DNA from: Pyrodictium occultum
GTDB lineage: Archaea > Thermoproteota > Thermoprotei_A > Sulfolobales > Pyrodictiaceae
Reading direction: 5' to 3'
Assembly: GCF_001462395.1 (NCBI RefSeq)
Contig: NZ_LNTB01000001.1
Location: 1,230,001-1,262,000 of the forward strand
Length of the DNA stretch: 32,000 nucleotides
How positions within the stretch are numbered: the first letter of the stretch is position 1; each line of letters begins with the position of its first letter. The notes under the pieces are model-generated. The model was given only the letters and a program-made list of their open reading frames with translations. It was not told the origin of the DNA and ran no database searches. Made by a program: the position numbers and the translations under genes. This document shows positions 8,211 to 16,518 of this stretch, in pieces.

Positions 8211-8984
8211 ATGCCCGTAAGCCGCCCGGTCTATGAGGAGGAGTTTGACAGTCTCCTCCTCGCGGAGTACGAGGAATTCAAGCTGAAGAAGCCAAGCTTC
8301 ATGGTGCTGGGGCTTCCCGATACAGGGCTCGTCGGTGTCATATCGTCAAGCCATCTGGTGGAAACGCTTCAGATGAGGGAGGTTGCGGGGATAGACATAC
8401 TCTCAATGATGCCTCCGGTAGCAGTCATATCTAACGGCGCTGTACGCCCTCCCATAAGGATATATGCGCGCGATAATCTGCTCGTGGTTACGGCTGAGAC
8501 TCCGGTGCCTCCGCCAGCTATATACCCGCTTTCGAGACTCCTAATAGACTATGCCATGAAGAGTGGCGTTGACTACGTTATGTCGATAGTTGGTATAGCC
8601 TCTCCCAACCGGATCAATATGGATAAGCCTGGCGTCTACTGGATAGCTAGCAGCGAGAAGGCACAGAAACTCGTAGACGGTCTTGATATAAGGAACTTCT
8701 CCAACGGCTACCTGGTAGGCCCCTACGCGCTCATACTCAAGCAGGCTATACGCAGGCGCGTCGCCAACCTCGTGCTGCTCGCAGACGCCTACGTGGAGTT
8801 CCCCGACCCCGAGGCCGCCGCAGAGGTCCTAAAGGTAATCTCGAGAATAGTGAATATTGAGATCGACGTCAAGAAGCTGCTCGAGCAGGCAGAGATGATA
8901 CGGCTGAGGCTCCGCGGCCTCATGAAGCAGACGAGGCAGGCCATGGCGGAGATGAGGGCTCCAAGCTCCCTAATGTACGCCTAG
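8211..8984 (+). CDS. PAC2-family proteasome assembly chaperone homologue (COG1938)
   Basis: 257-aa ORF. LGLPDTGLVGVISSSHLV near the N-terminus is typical of the PAC2/DUF75 family. GGGGGAGGATCG Shine-Dalgarno lies directly upstream of the ATG. Confidence 0.78.
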   Translation: MPVSRPVYEEEFDSLLLAEYEEFKLKKPSFMVLGLPDTGLVGVISSSHLVETLQMREVAGIDILSMMPPVAVISNGAVRPPIRIYARDNLLVVTAETPVPPPAIYPLSRLLIDYAMKSGVDYVMSIVGIASPNRINMDKPGVYWIASSEKAQKLVDGLDIRNFSNGYLVGPYALILKQAIRRRVANLVLLADAYVEFPDPEAAAEVLKVISRIVNIEIDVKKLLEQAEMIRLRLRGLMKQTRQAMAEMRAPSSLMYA

Positions 8985-9004
8985 AGGCGGAGGGGTGGGG
9001 TGCA

Positions 9005-9433
9005 TTGTCCGCCTACGAGGAGCTGCGCCGCGAGTGGGAGAGGCTGCGGCGCAGGATAATCGAGGAGATGGATAGGCTGTTCTACGAGCTGGAGGAGATC
9101 GTTCATGCAGGCTGGTCTCCCGAGGGAGCGCTCCGCCCGCTCTACACGGTCTACGAGCACCCCGACCATTACACCATACTCGTCGACCTGGCGGCCGCCG
9201 ACACCTCGTCCCTGGAGGTGAAGGTCTCCGGCGACAAGCTGATCCTTGAGGCCAAGCTGGAGCGCGAGGTCCGGTTCAGCGACATCTATGGTACATCGAT
9301 GGGGCACGGGCTGACCTTCCGCCACTATAAGCATGAGCTCACCCTTCCACCCGACGCCGACCCCAGCGGCGTCCAGGTGAGGGTTAGGCCGAACAAGATA
9401 GTGGAGATAACACTGCCCAAGAAGCGTGAGTAG
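9005..9433 (+). CDS. Small heat-shock protein, Hsp20/alpha-crystallin family
   Basis: 142 aa. Alpha-crystallin-domain pattern YTILVDLAAADTSSLEVKVSGDKLILEAK ... LTLPPDADPSGVQVRVRPNKIVEITLPK. TTG start. Confidence 0.85.
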   Translation: MSAYEELRREWERLRRRIIEEMDRLFYELEEIVHAGWSPEGALRPLYTVYEHPDHYTILVDLAAADTSSLEVKVSGDKLILEAKLEREVRFSDIYGTSMGHGLTFRHYKHELTLPPDADPSGVQVRVRPNKIVEITLPKKRE

Positions 9434-9530
9434 AGAGGAGGCCCCGGGAGCCGTCTGGGAGCTTTTAATTACGCTGAACCCGGCTGGGATGCGGTGACGC
9501 GGGTCTTCCAGCCACGCGGGGTGCGCGAGA

Positions 9531-9686
9531 ATGGGGTATGAAGGCGTAATAGACAAGGATGAGAAGGGCTACTTGATCCGACTCCCCGAGGAGCTAGTGG
9601 CCAGCCTCCGCTGGCGCGAGGGCGACCGGGTCAAGATCGAGATGAGCGAGTGGCGCGGCAGGCTCGTCATAGTGGTCTACAAGTAG
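9531..9686 (+). CDS. AbrB/SpoVT-type small DNA-binding protein (51 aa), not in ORF track
   Basis: My own translation: MGYEGVIDKDEKGYLIRLPEELVASLRWREGDRVKIEMSEWRGRLVIVVYK*. This has the swapped-hairpin AbrB pattern (..G.i.iP.e....l....GD.v.i). TTTTAATTA (TATA-like) lies ~60 nt upstream and a T-run (AGTTTTTA) after the stop. Confidence 0.6.
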   Translation: MGYEGVIDKDEKGYLIRLPEELVASLRWREGDRVKIEMSEWRGRLVIVVYK

Positions 9687-9723
9687 ACTGCACAGCTCAC
9701 GCCCTTCCCAGTTTTTAGGGCTG

Positions 9724-10746
9724 TCAATTCTTCGGGGCTCCTAGCCTCCTCCGCCCAGCCCTCCTGGCATCGAGAAGCCTCTCGGGGGTGAGCAGGCCGA
9801 GCTCCAGGAGGGGGTGGATGTCCTCCTCCAGGTCCAGCTCGGTGTAGACTCCGAGGCTGTTGAGCCTCTCCCGGGCCTCCTCGAGGCTGCTCGTCCCCGC
9901 CACCGCCCTGGCGGTCGGGGTCGCCTCGTAGGCCTCACGGAGGCCTAGGAACACGGTGGCGGCCTGGTACACTGTGACGCGGACCCTCCTCGTGCCGCCG
10001 CGTATCTCCAGCCAGCCGTAGGCGCCGCGGGCGGCGAGGAGAGGTATCCTGCTCGCCTCTGTCTCCACCGCCTTCAGCACCTCCTCCAGCAGCTCCAGGT
10101 CGCTGCGGTCGAGGCCGCGTATCCAGCGGTAGCCGCCCCTCGCCGCCACGGCTGCTATACGGGCCAGCAGCTCCTCCTCCCCCAGCTCGCCGTCCGCCCC
10201 CAGCGCGTGGACGCCGAGCACCCCGGGGAGCCCCGTGTTGGCCGACGCCGCTAGCCCGAGGCTGTCGCCGAGGGGGCTCCAGAGGCCCTCCTCCCGGCCC
10301 TCCGCCAGCACGTCGCCGCCGACGTCCACGTCGAGCAGCGCCTCGCAGCCATGGAGCCCTGCTATCTCCTCCAGAGCCCTCCGTAGGGCCAGCTCGCCAC
10401 CCCAGGCGTCCAAGGCATAGAAGGCTAGGCCGCGTAGGAGCCCCGCCGCCCGGCAGGCCCCAGGCTCTAGGATCCTGCCCCGGACGGCGTAGCAGCCTGG
10501 ATGGAGGCGGGCCGCGGCTCCCCCGGCTACGGGCTCCGCACCTACTATGCTGTGGAGCGGTATTGGCCCCGGCTCCGGGTCCCTCACGAACCTCTCCCAG
10601 AGGCTAGCCGCTACAACGGCCTCGACGCCCCCGCGGCGCAGTGCCTCAGCCAGCACCGAGGCTGTGGCCACGTCCCCGCCGCCGCCGGTCGAGACTACTA
10701 GGACGCAGCGCGGCCTCCAGCCGTAGATGCTCTCAGTGATGCACAC
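9724..10746 (-). CDS. Conserved archaeal hypothetical protein, DUF1152-like
   Basis: 340-aa ORF with GTG start and N-terminal VLVVSTGGGGDVATASVLAEAL motif. The family assignment is from memory only. Confidence 0.55.
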   Translation of the reverse strand: MCITESIYGWRPRCVLVVSTGGGGDVATASVLAEALRRGGVEAVVAASLWERFVRDPEPGPIPLHSIVGAEPVAGGAAARLHPGCYAVRGRILEPGACRAAGLLRGLAFYALDAWGGELALRRALEEIAGLHGCEALLDVDVGGDVLAEGREEGLWSPLGDSLGLAASANTGLPGVLGVHALGADGELGEEELLARIAAVAARGGYRWIRGLDRSDLELLEEVLKAVETEASRIPLLAARGAYGWLEIRGGTRRVRVTVYQAATVFLGLREAYEATPTARAVAGTSSLEEARERLNSLGVYTELDLEEDIHPLLELGLLTPERLLDARRAGRRRLGAPKN

Positions 10747-10848
10747 CGCAGGGCCCCCAAGCGTCTCGCGCCGGGCCCCGGGGCTCAGGGCGGCTAGAAA
10801 TCTTAGTCCTCCTCCTGCAGCTAGACGCGCAGGAGAAGCAGGTGGCCG

Positions 10849-10855
10849 GGAGGTG
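10849..10855 (+). promoter_or_regulatory. Shine-Dalgarno-like GGAGGTG preceding the non-canonical start of the phosphohexomutase gene
   Basis: GGAGGTG is complementary to the archaeal 16S 3' end consensus. It lies 5 nt before in-frame ATC 10861 and 8 nt before CTG 10864. Confidence 0.4.
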
Positions 10856-10860
10856 TCTGC

Positions 10861-12249
10861 ATCCTGGGCAGGCTCTTCGGCACTGACGGCGTCCGAGGGG
10901 TTGTGAACGAGCAGCTCACCCCCGAGCTGGCTCTACGCCTCGGCTCCGCCATAGCCAGCCACTTCGGCGAAGGGGTCCACGTGCTCCTCGGCCGCGACGC
11001 GAGAGCAGGCGGCGACATGATACTCCATGCTGTCGCCGCGGGCCTCCTCTCCTCCGGCGCCCGCGTCCACGTGGTGGCTGACGGGGGCTTCGCCCCGACC
11101 CCTGCGGTCCAGTATGCTGTGAAGGAGCTGGGCTACGACCTGGGCGTAGTGGTTACTGCTAGCCATAACCCGCCCCAGTACAACGGCATCAAGGTTATAG
11201 GTCCAATGGGCATAGAGGTGGACCGGGAGACCGAGAGGCAGATAGAGGAGATCTTCTTCGAGCAGCGGCTCCGCCGGGTGCCCTGGAGCCGCGCGGTGCA
11301 CGACACCACGGTCGAGCCCCGCGTGCTAGACATCTACGTGGAGGCGGTGGTGGACCGGGTAGACAAGACCCTGATAAGGAGTAGGGGCTTCCGCGTCCTA
11401 GTCGACTGCGCTAATAACGTCTCATCGCTCACCACGCCCAGGATACTGCGGAGGCTCGGCGTCAAAGCCTATACAATAGCCTGCGATCTAAGCCCTATCC
11501 CCTACCGGGAGCCCGAGCCGACGCCCAGCAGCCTGGCGGAGGCGGCGAGGACGGTCACAGCGCTGGGCCTCGACCTGGGAGTCGGCCACGACGGCGACGG
11601 CGACCGCGCGATAATCGTGGATGAGAAGGGGGAGGCCTGGTGGGGCGACCGCACCGGGGCACTGCTCTCAGCCTACATAGCCGAGGAAAAGCTCCTGGAC
11701 ACGCCCAAAAGGATCTACACAGCGGTCTCCAGCAGCAGGCTTGTGGAGGACTACCTCAAGCCCCGGGGGATAGAGGTTGCCTGGACCCCTGTGGGCTCCG
11801 TAAACATAAGCTACCGGCTCCTCGAGGAGGGCGGGCTCGCCGGCTTCGAGGATAACGGCGGCTTCATCTACCCTCCCCACCTCCTGGCCCGCGACGGCGG
11901 CATGACGCTGGCCCTCTTCCTCGAGATGCTCGCCCGGAGGAGTGTCCGGGCTTCCCAGCTCTACGGCGAGCTGCCCCGCTACTACGCTGTGAAGACCAAG
12001 GTGCCGATGCCGAGGGAGAAGGCAGTCAGGGTTGTGGAGGCGCTGAGGCAGGAGTACAGCGGCAAGCCCGGCTACCGCGTGCTGACCATAGACGGATTGA
12101 GGGTTGATGCGGACGACTACTGGTTCCTCGTCCGCCCCAGCGGCACCGAGCCGGTGCTAAGGGTGATGGTGGAGGCGAGGAGCCCAGATAGGGCTAAAGA
12201 GCTTGCCGAGAGCCTCGTGGAGAAGGCGAGGAGGCTGGCAGCGGGATGA
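10861..12249 (+). CDS. Phosphohexomutase (phosphoglucosamine mutase / phosphomanno-/phosphoglucomutase family)
   Basis: Catalytic Ser loop [13 protein letters not shown], metal loop GHDGDGDR and phosphate loop RPSGTEP. The conserved N-terminus LFGTDGVRG is encoded at 10873-10899, upstream of the track's GTG 10903. I therefore extend the start to ATC 10861 or CTG 10864 (non-canonical; start confidence is low). Confidence 0.8.
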   Translation: MLGRLFGTDGVRGVVNEQLTPELALRLGSAIASHFGEGVHVLLGRDARAGGDMILHAVAAGLLSSGARVHVVADGGFAPTPAVQYAVKELGYDLGVVVTASHNPPQYNGIKVIGPMGIEVDRETERQIEEIFFEQRLRRVPWSRAVHDTTVEPRVLDIYVEAVVDRVDKTLIRSRGFRVLVDCANNVSSLTTPRILRRLGVKAYTIACDLSPIPYREPEPTPSSLAEAARTVTALGLDLGVGHDGDGDRAIIVDEKGEAWWGDRTGALLSAYIAEEKLLDTPKRIYTAVSSSRLVEDYLKPRGIEVAWTPVGSVNISYRLLEEGGLAGFEDNGGFIYPPHLLARDGGMTLALFLEMLARRSVRASQLYGELPRYYAVKTKVPMPREKAVRVVEALRQEYSGKPGYRVLTIDGLRVDADDYWFLVRPSGTEPVLRVMVEARSPDRAKELAESLVEKARRLAAG

Positions 12250-12671
12250 AGTACCGGTTCATGGACCTCGCAGCATGCCCTATGTGTAAACACTTCCCCC
12301 TGGAGCTCTACGTGATAGAGGAGAGGACGTACCCGGAGAGGGAGCAGGAGATAAGGAAGCTGCTTGAGCGCTTCAAGCCGCCGCTCTGCGAGCTCTACTG
12401 CTACCGGCTCCAGACCCCCGTAGGCAAGAAGATAGAGGAGGTCGGCTCTGCAGCCCCCTGCGCCGAGTGCTTGAAGGTCGAGGTCGTTACCGGCGTCCTC
12501 TACTGTCCCAACTGCGGCCGCTGGTACCCGATAATAGATGAGATACCCAGGATGCTTCCCGACAACCTGCGGAAGAAGGAGGAGGACCTACGCTTCCTCC
12601 GCAAGTACCAGGACCGGCTCCCCGAGAAGATAGTCCGCCATGGCAAGCCCTGGAACCTCCGCGGGAGCTAA
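12246..12671 (+). CDS. Trm112-like zinc-ribbon protein with inserted Cys-rich module
   Basis: N-terminal [13 protein letters not shown] and C-terminal [24 protein letters not shown] are the split Trm112/DUF343 zinc knuckle. ATGA overlap with the upstream gene. Confidence 0.75.
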   Translation: MKYRFMDLAACPMCKHFPLELYVIEERTYPEREQEIRKLLERFKPPLCELYCYRLQTPVGKKIEEVGSAAPCAECLKVEVVTGVLYCPNCGRWYPIIDEIPRMLPDNLRKKEEDLRFLRKYQDRLPEKIVRHGKPWNLRGS

Positions 12672-12734
12672 GGGGGCGCCACCCTAGGCCAGCCTCCTTT
12701 ACAGGGCACCTTTTCGCTAAGGAGCCTTCCGGGT

Positions 12735-13580
12735 GTGACCGTAGTGGCGGGGAGCACGCCTAAGATACTGGTAACTAACGACGATGGCGTCTACAGCCCA
12801 GGGCTCAGACTGCTATATGAGGCTGTAAAGGATATAGGGAAAGCCTACGTCCTCGCACCCGAGACCCCTAAGAGCGCCAGCGGGCTTGGCATAACGCTCC
12901 ACAAGCCCTTGCGGATAACCAGAGTGAGGCTTTGGAGCGACGTAGACGTCTACATGACTAACGGCACACCCAGCGACGTGATATACCTGGCTATAGAGGA
13001 GTTCTCCCCCCATCTCGACATAGTAGTCTCCGGGGTCAATATAGGCGATAACACGAGTATACAGGTCATACTCTCGTCGGGAACCATAGGTGCAGCCGCC
13101 CAGGCCGCACTACTCGGCATACCAGGCCTAGCCTTCTCAGCCAACGTGGACGAGGCCAGCCAGCTCGAGGAGGACAGGGAGACCTGGGAGAACATCAAGA
13201 AGATTATACGCCGCATAGTCCTATGGGTGCTGGATAACGGGATCCCCGAGGGCGCCGACATTATCAGCGTCAACTTCCCCCGGAGGGTGACCAGGGAGAC
13301 CAGGGTCAAGATAGCGCCGGCTGCTAGGATAAAGTTCCTGCAGAAGGTGAGCGTCCTCTACGACCCCCGCGGTAGGAAGTACTACTGGCTTTACGGCACA
13401 CTAGTGGAGCCGGAGCCCGGCTCCGATGTATACGTGGTCCATGTGGAGAACGCTATAGCGGTGACCCCGCTCTCGCTCAACATGAACCCGCCGAGGAGCT
13501 CCTGGAGCACTATGGTCGAGAAGCTGAAGCCCATGGTGAGCCTTGTCGAGGCCGAGCTGGCCGGGGCCAGCAAGAGTTAA
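12735..13580 (+). CDS. surE: 5'/3'-nucleotidase SurE
   Basis: ILVTNDDGVYSPGL, SGVNIGDN and SGTIGAA motifs. 281 aa. GTG start (alternative GTG at 12744). Confidence 0.9.
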   Translation: MTVVAGSTPKILVTNDDGVYSPGLRLLYEAVKDIGKAYVLAPETPKSASGLGITLHKPLRITRVRLWSDVDVYMTNGTPSDVIYLAIEEFSPHLDIVVSGVNIGDNTSIQVILSSGTIGAAAQAALLGIPGLAFSANVDEASQLEEDRETWENIKKIIRRIVLWVLDNGIPEGADIISVNFPRRVTRETRVKIAPAARIKFLQKVSVLYDPRGRKYYWLYGTLVEPEPGSDVYVVHVENAIAVTPLSLNMNPPRSSWSTMVEKLKPMVSLVEAELAGASKS

Positions 13581-13718
13581 CAGCGGAGCACCATTACACC
13601 CAGCTCTCCCGGGGTGGTGGCCCGGCGGACGAGATGACCCCCGGCTCCCGGGGTGATATGGCGCCGGGTCCGACCTCGGGTACACAGGCATCCCCTGCCC
13701 AGCGCTGGGCGCCGCGCT

Positions 13719-13952
13719 ATGGCGTGGAGGCGTAGACCGGAGAAGCCCTGCACCATAGTGGCCCGGAGTATAGAGGTCCTCGGCGACCTCGACCCCGAGG
13801 AATGCAGCAGCGTCTGCCCCACCGACGCGCTACGCTTCGACGCGGGCCGCGTTGTCGTAGAGCCGGGGCTCTGTACCGTCTGCCTTGCGTGCATGGCTAT
13901 CTGCGGCCCCTCAAGGATACGTGTCGTCTCCGACTGGGTGTGCCCCGACTAG
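13719..13952 (+). CDS. Small 8-Cys ferredoxin-like (4Fe-4S binding) protein
   Basis: Trimmed to the ATG at 13719. Contains CTVCLACMAICG (CxxCxxCxxxC), ECSSVCP and a C-terminal VCPD; 8 Cys in 77 aa. Confidence 0.5.
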   Translation: MAWRRRPEKPCTIVARSIEVLGDLDPEECSSVCPTDALRFDAGRVVVEPGLCTVCLACMAICGPSRIRVVSDWVCPD

Positions 13953-14048
13953 CCGCCGCCCCGGGGGCGCCAGCCTTCTATCCCCCGTGGCTGCACGGCA
14001 CCCCCCGGTTGAGCCTCGCCACGCACGACCTAGAGGTGGAGCAGCGGC

Positions 14049-15047
14049 TTGCCTCTCCGCATCCTCTTCCACGACATCTACTACTTTGACGAGGACGGCG
14101 TGGCTCACGGCCCGGGCTATATCCGCCTCTCAGGAGGCGGTGTAGACGGCATCGGGGAGGGGGAGCCGCCGGAGGAGATGCAGGCCGCTGAACTAGTGGC
14201 CGGGGGGCCCGGGAGGATAGTCTACCCGGGGTTCGCCTCTCCCCCAGTCTACCTCGAGCTCTACCCCTTCCGCAGCCAGCTCGACGGTGTCGAGCCCCGG
14301 GAGTATCCCTGGAGCAGCGTGGCTTCCAGGGTGGCGCAGCTGGGGGAGCGCGAGGCCTACTACGCGGCCCTCATGGCGGCCTACGACCTCGCCCTCCACG
14401 GCTACACCAGGGTGATAGCCATAGACCCCCACCTGGAGGCAGTGGCCAGGGCGATAATCGACTCGGGGCTTGAGGGCGCCGTCCTCTATCCCCAGGGCTG
14501 TAGCCTGACGCCCCGGAGGAGCTTCGAGGAGGCCCTTAGAGGCCTCGAGGCCCGCGGGATAGACAGGAGCAAGGTGCGCGTTGGCGTCGCGCTCTGCGGC
14601 CCGGAGCCTCCAGAAGGCGTGCCCGAGAAGGCCGAGGTAGTCTATAGGATGGATAACGGTGTGCTGGAGGCGCCGGGCGCTGGGCAGCTGAGGCTGGAGC
14701 CCCTCTACCCCCACGAGGCGAGCCCCTGGAGCCTAATGAGCCGGGGCCGTCTCGACGCGTACAAGACGCTGGCCAAGGGAATCCATGGAGTCCTGGACCC
14801 GGGCTACCGGGTCTACGGCGCCCCCGCCCACCTCGTGGTGGTGGACGCCTCTGAGCCGCCCGGCTGGCTACCCGAGCCCAGGGCTGCAAGGCCCTGGAGC
14901 CTTACCGCCTCTAGGCCTAGAGTCGAGACAGTGGTTTCGGGGGGCAGGCTGGTCGTTGATGGAGGCGAGCACCTACTTATAGGCGCGGATGCGGCGCTTA
15001 AGGCCTCGGAGGCGCTGAGAAGGGTTGTTGGCGTCGGAGCGGTGTAG
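14049..15047 (+). CDS. Amidohydrolase-superfamily protein, MtaD/ATZ-TRZ-like but lacking the HxH metal motif
   Basis: 332 aa, TTG start. The N- and C-terminal beta-sandwich strings (ILFHDIYYFDEDG...IRLSGGGVDGIG; HLVVVD...VETVVSGGRLVVDGGEH) and the helix REAYYAALMAAYDLALHGYTRVIAI resemble chlorohydrolase/MtaD. PGFASPPVY replaces PGF..xHxH. Confidence 0.65.
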   Translation: MPLRILFHDIYYFDEDGVAHGPGYIRLSGGGVDGIGEGEPPEEMQAAELVAGGPGRIVYPGFASPPVYLELYPFRSQLDGVEPREYPWSSVASRVAQLGEREAYYAALMAAYDLALHGYTRVIAIDPHLEAVARAIIDSGLEGAVLYPQGCSLTPRRSFEEALRGLEARGIDRSKVRVGVALCGPEPPEGVPEKAEVVYRMDNGVLEAPGAGQLRLEPLYPHEASPWSLMSRGRLDAYKTLAKGIHGVLDPGYRVYGAPAHLVVVDASEPPGWLPEPRAARPWSLTASRPRVETVVSGGRLVVDGGEHLLIGADAALKASEALRRVVGVGAV

Positions 15048-15111
15048 AGAGCTGCGAGGAGTAGGGGGCCTTACCAGCTAAAAACTCTGGAGGTATTAGC
15101 GCTGGGAACTC

Positions 15112-15507
15112 CTATTCTAGGTGCCTCTCTGTGACCTTCTTCTCGATGCGCTTAGCACGCAGCGCAGCAGCTATGTAGTTGAAGGCCTTCTCCGGGTCGG
15201 TGTGCTTGCCGCAGCTGTAAACATCTACGGTTGCGAACGAGTACTCGGGCCAGGTGTGTATTGTTATATGGCTCTCCAGCACTATCGCGACCACGCTGAC
15301 GCCCTCGCCTATTTTCCAGCTCCTCACATCCAGCAGGGTCATGTTGCCCAGCTTGGCGGCGTTGACCACTATCTGGCGTAGCCTCTCCTCGTTGCTCAGC
15401 ACTTCGCGGTCGCACTCGTAGAGGTTGCCGTAGACATGCTTGCCGTAGACCCTGGGCTCGCCCGGCGCTGGCTGAGGCCTTGGCTTGATAACGGGCGTCG
15501 TCTCCAT
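15112..15507 (-). CDS. speH: Pyruvoyl-dependent decarboxylase proenzyme, SpeH family (AdoMet decarboxylase, or the crenarchaeal arginine-decarboxylase paralogue)
   Basis: Self-cleavage/active-site signature [13 protein letters not shown] and VDVYSCG. I prefer the ATG at 15505-15507 (GGTGA Shine-Dalgarno 5 nt upstream) to the track's GTG at 15516, which lies inside that SD. Confidence 0.88.
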   Translation of the reverse strand: METTPVIKPRPQPAPGEPRVYGKHVYGNLYECDREVLSNEERLRQIVVNAAKLGNMTLLDVRSWKIGEGVSVVAIVLESHITIHTWPEYSFATVDVYSCGKHTDPEKAFNYIAAALRAKRIEKKVTERHLE

Positions 15508-15515
15508 AGTGCTCA

Positions 15516-15570
15516 CCGGGGGAGGGGGGCACAGCTATGATTAGCTTTAAGACTTACCCCCTCCCCCCGG
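15516..15570. promoter_or_regulatory. G-run/C-run inverted repeat bracketing the putative speH TATA box
   Basis: CCGGGGGAGGGGGG (15516-15529) and CCCCCTCCCCCCGG (15557-15570) flank a 27-nt AT-richer spacer that contains GCTTTAAG (15544-15551; TTAAAG on the speH strand). Confidence 0.4.
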
Positions 15571-15714
15571 GCCGCCGCGCTCGGGGGTGGCGCGCTCCCG
15601 TACATCCCCGATGTCTGCCCTCCGGGCTTAGGGTAGAGCATTGATTAACCCCTACGAGTCTGGTGCCCGCTACGCTTGGATGGCGGGGGAAGGTTCGCTA
15701 TCTAGGGTGCCAAG

Positions 15715-16518
15715 GTGTTGCCCAGGATTCAGCCCTTCACCAAGGCTGGCAAGGGTGACGTGTCAACTCATGTGCTTGTAACTAGCCTTGAAGAGGTCTA
15801 TGAGCATGCTGTAAGCCTCCTCCACGATGTTGTGGAGAGGCCTGGGAGGCCCGGCTTCAGGCTGGCGACGGGGAGCATCCACCGTGCCCGGCTCTCGGTG
15901 GCGCTGAGGCCCGTGGGGCCCTCGGCCCTCGCTATACTCATAGAGGAGCTGTCGAGGCTCGGCGCCCGGGTGCTGCTCCACCTGGATACCGGGCTCGCCA
16001 TATCGCCCAGCCTGGGTATCGGTAGCGTTGTACTGGCCACGGCGGCGATAAAGGGCGACGGGGTTTCGAAGACCTACGCGCCAATGGAGGTGCCGGCCAT
16101 ACCCGACTATACGCTGCTCCGCCATATACAGCAGTCGCTCGAGATCCACGACATAAAGACAGTGGCGGGGGTGGTCTGGAGCCTTGACACGTTCTACCTC
16201 AATGAACAGCTGCTGGAGCAGGGCGCCCGGCTCTACGGCAAGATAGCCCTCGCCCTAGACATGGACACCGCGTCGCTATTCACGGTGTCCATGAGCAGGA
16301 GGCTGATGTCAGCCTCGGTTCTCGTCATCGAGTCGAGCCTCCCCAAGGGAATCGAGAGGGGCTCCTCGTATCTAGAGGAGGAGTCGGAGGAGCTGCGCAA
16401 AAAGGTGCTAGACAGCATCGAGAGGCTACTCCGGCCCCTGCTCGAGGCGCTGGCCCTGCACATGGAGAAGATGAAGGGTATTAAGCTCTCCTCGCCTAGG
16501 CCCGGTGCTGGGCTATGA
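15715..16518 (+). CDS. PNP/Udp/MTAN-fold (phosphorylase superfamily) protein with divergent active site
   Basis: 267 aa, GTG start. Collinear by eye with DeoD/Udp/Pfs: KGDVSTHVLVT.., LSVALRPVGPSALAILIEEL, VLLHLDTGLAISPSLGIGSVVLATAAI, ALALDMDTASLF. Confidence 0.6.
   Translation: MLPRIQPFTKAGKGDVSTHVLVTSLEEVYEHAVSLLHDVVERPGRPGFRLATGSIHRARLSVALRPVGPSALAILIEELSRLGARVLLHLDTGLAISPSLGIGSVVLATAAIKGDGVSKTYAPMEVPAIPDYTLLRHIQQSLEIHDIKTVAGVVWSLDTFYLNEQLLEQGARLYGKIALALDMDTASLFTVSMSRRLMSASVLVIESSLPKGIERGSSYLEEESEELRKKVLDSIERLLRPLLEALALHMEKMKGIKLSSPRPGAGL

Noticed and set aside
8981-9556. 191-aa ORF antisense to the hsp20 gene
   Set aside because: It fully overlaps a gene with clear alpha-crystallin motifs and has no recognisable motif of its own. 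Long antisense ORFs are expected in GC-rich DNA, where stop codons are rare.
13606-13655. 11-nt direct repeat CTCCCGGGGTG (13606-13616 and 13645-13655) upstream of the ferredoxin-like ORF
   Set aside because: CCCGGGG-type strings are frequent throughout this GC-rich window. The repeat is short and no second structural feature supports it.
15571-15714. Possible tRNA-like or small RNA in the speH/PNP-like intergenic region (TAGGGTAGAGC, GGTTCGCTATC strings)
   Set aside because: No cloverleaf can be drawn: there is no acceptor-stem complementarity and no proper T-arm stems around the GGTTCG string.
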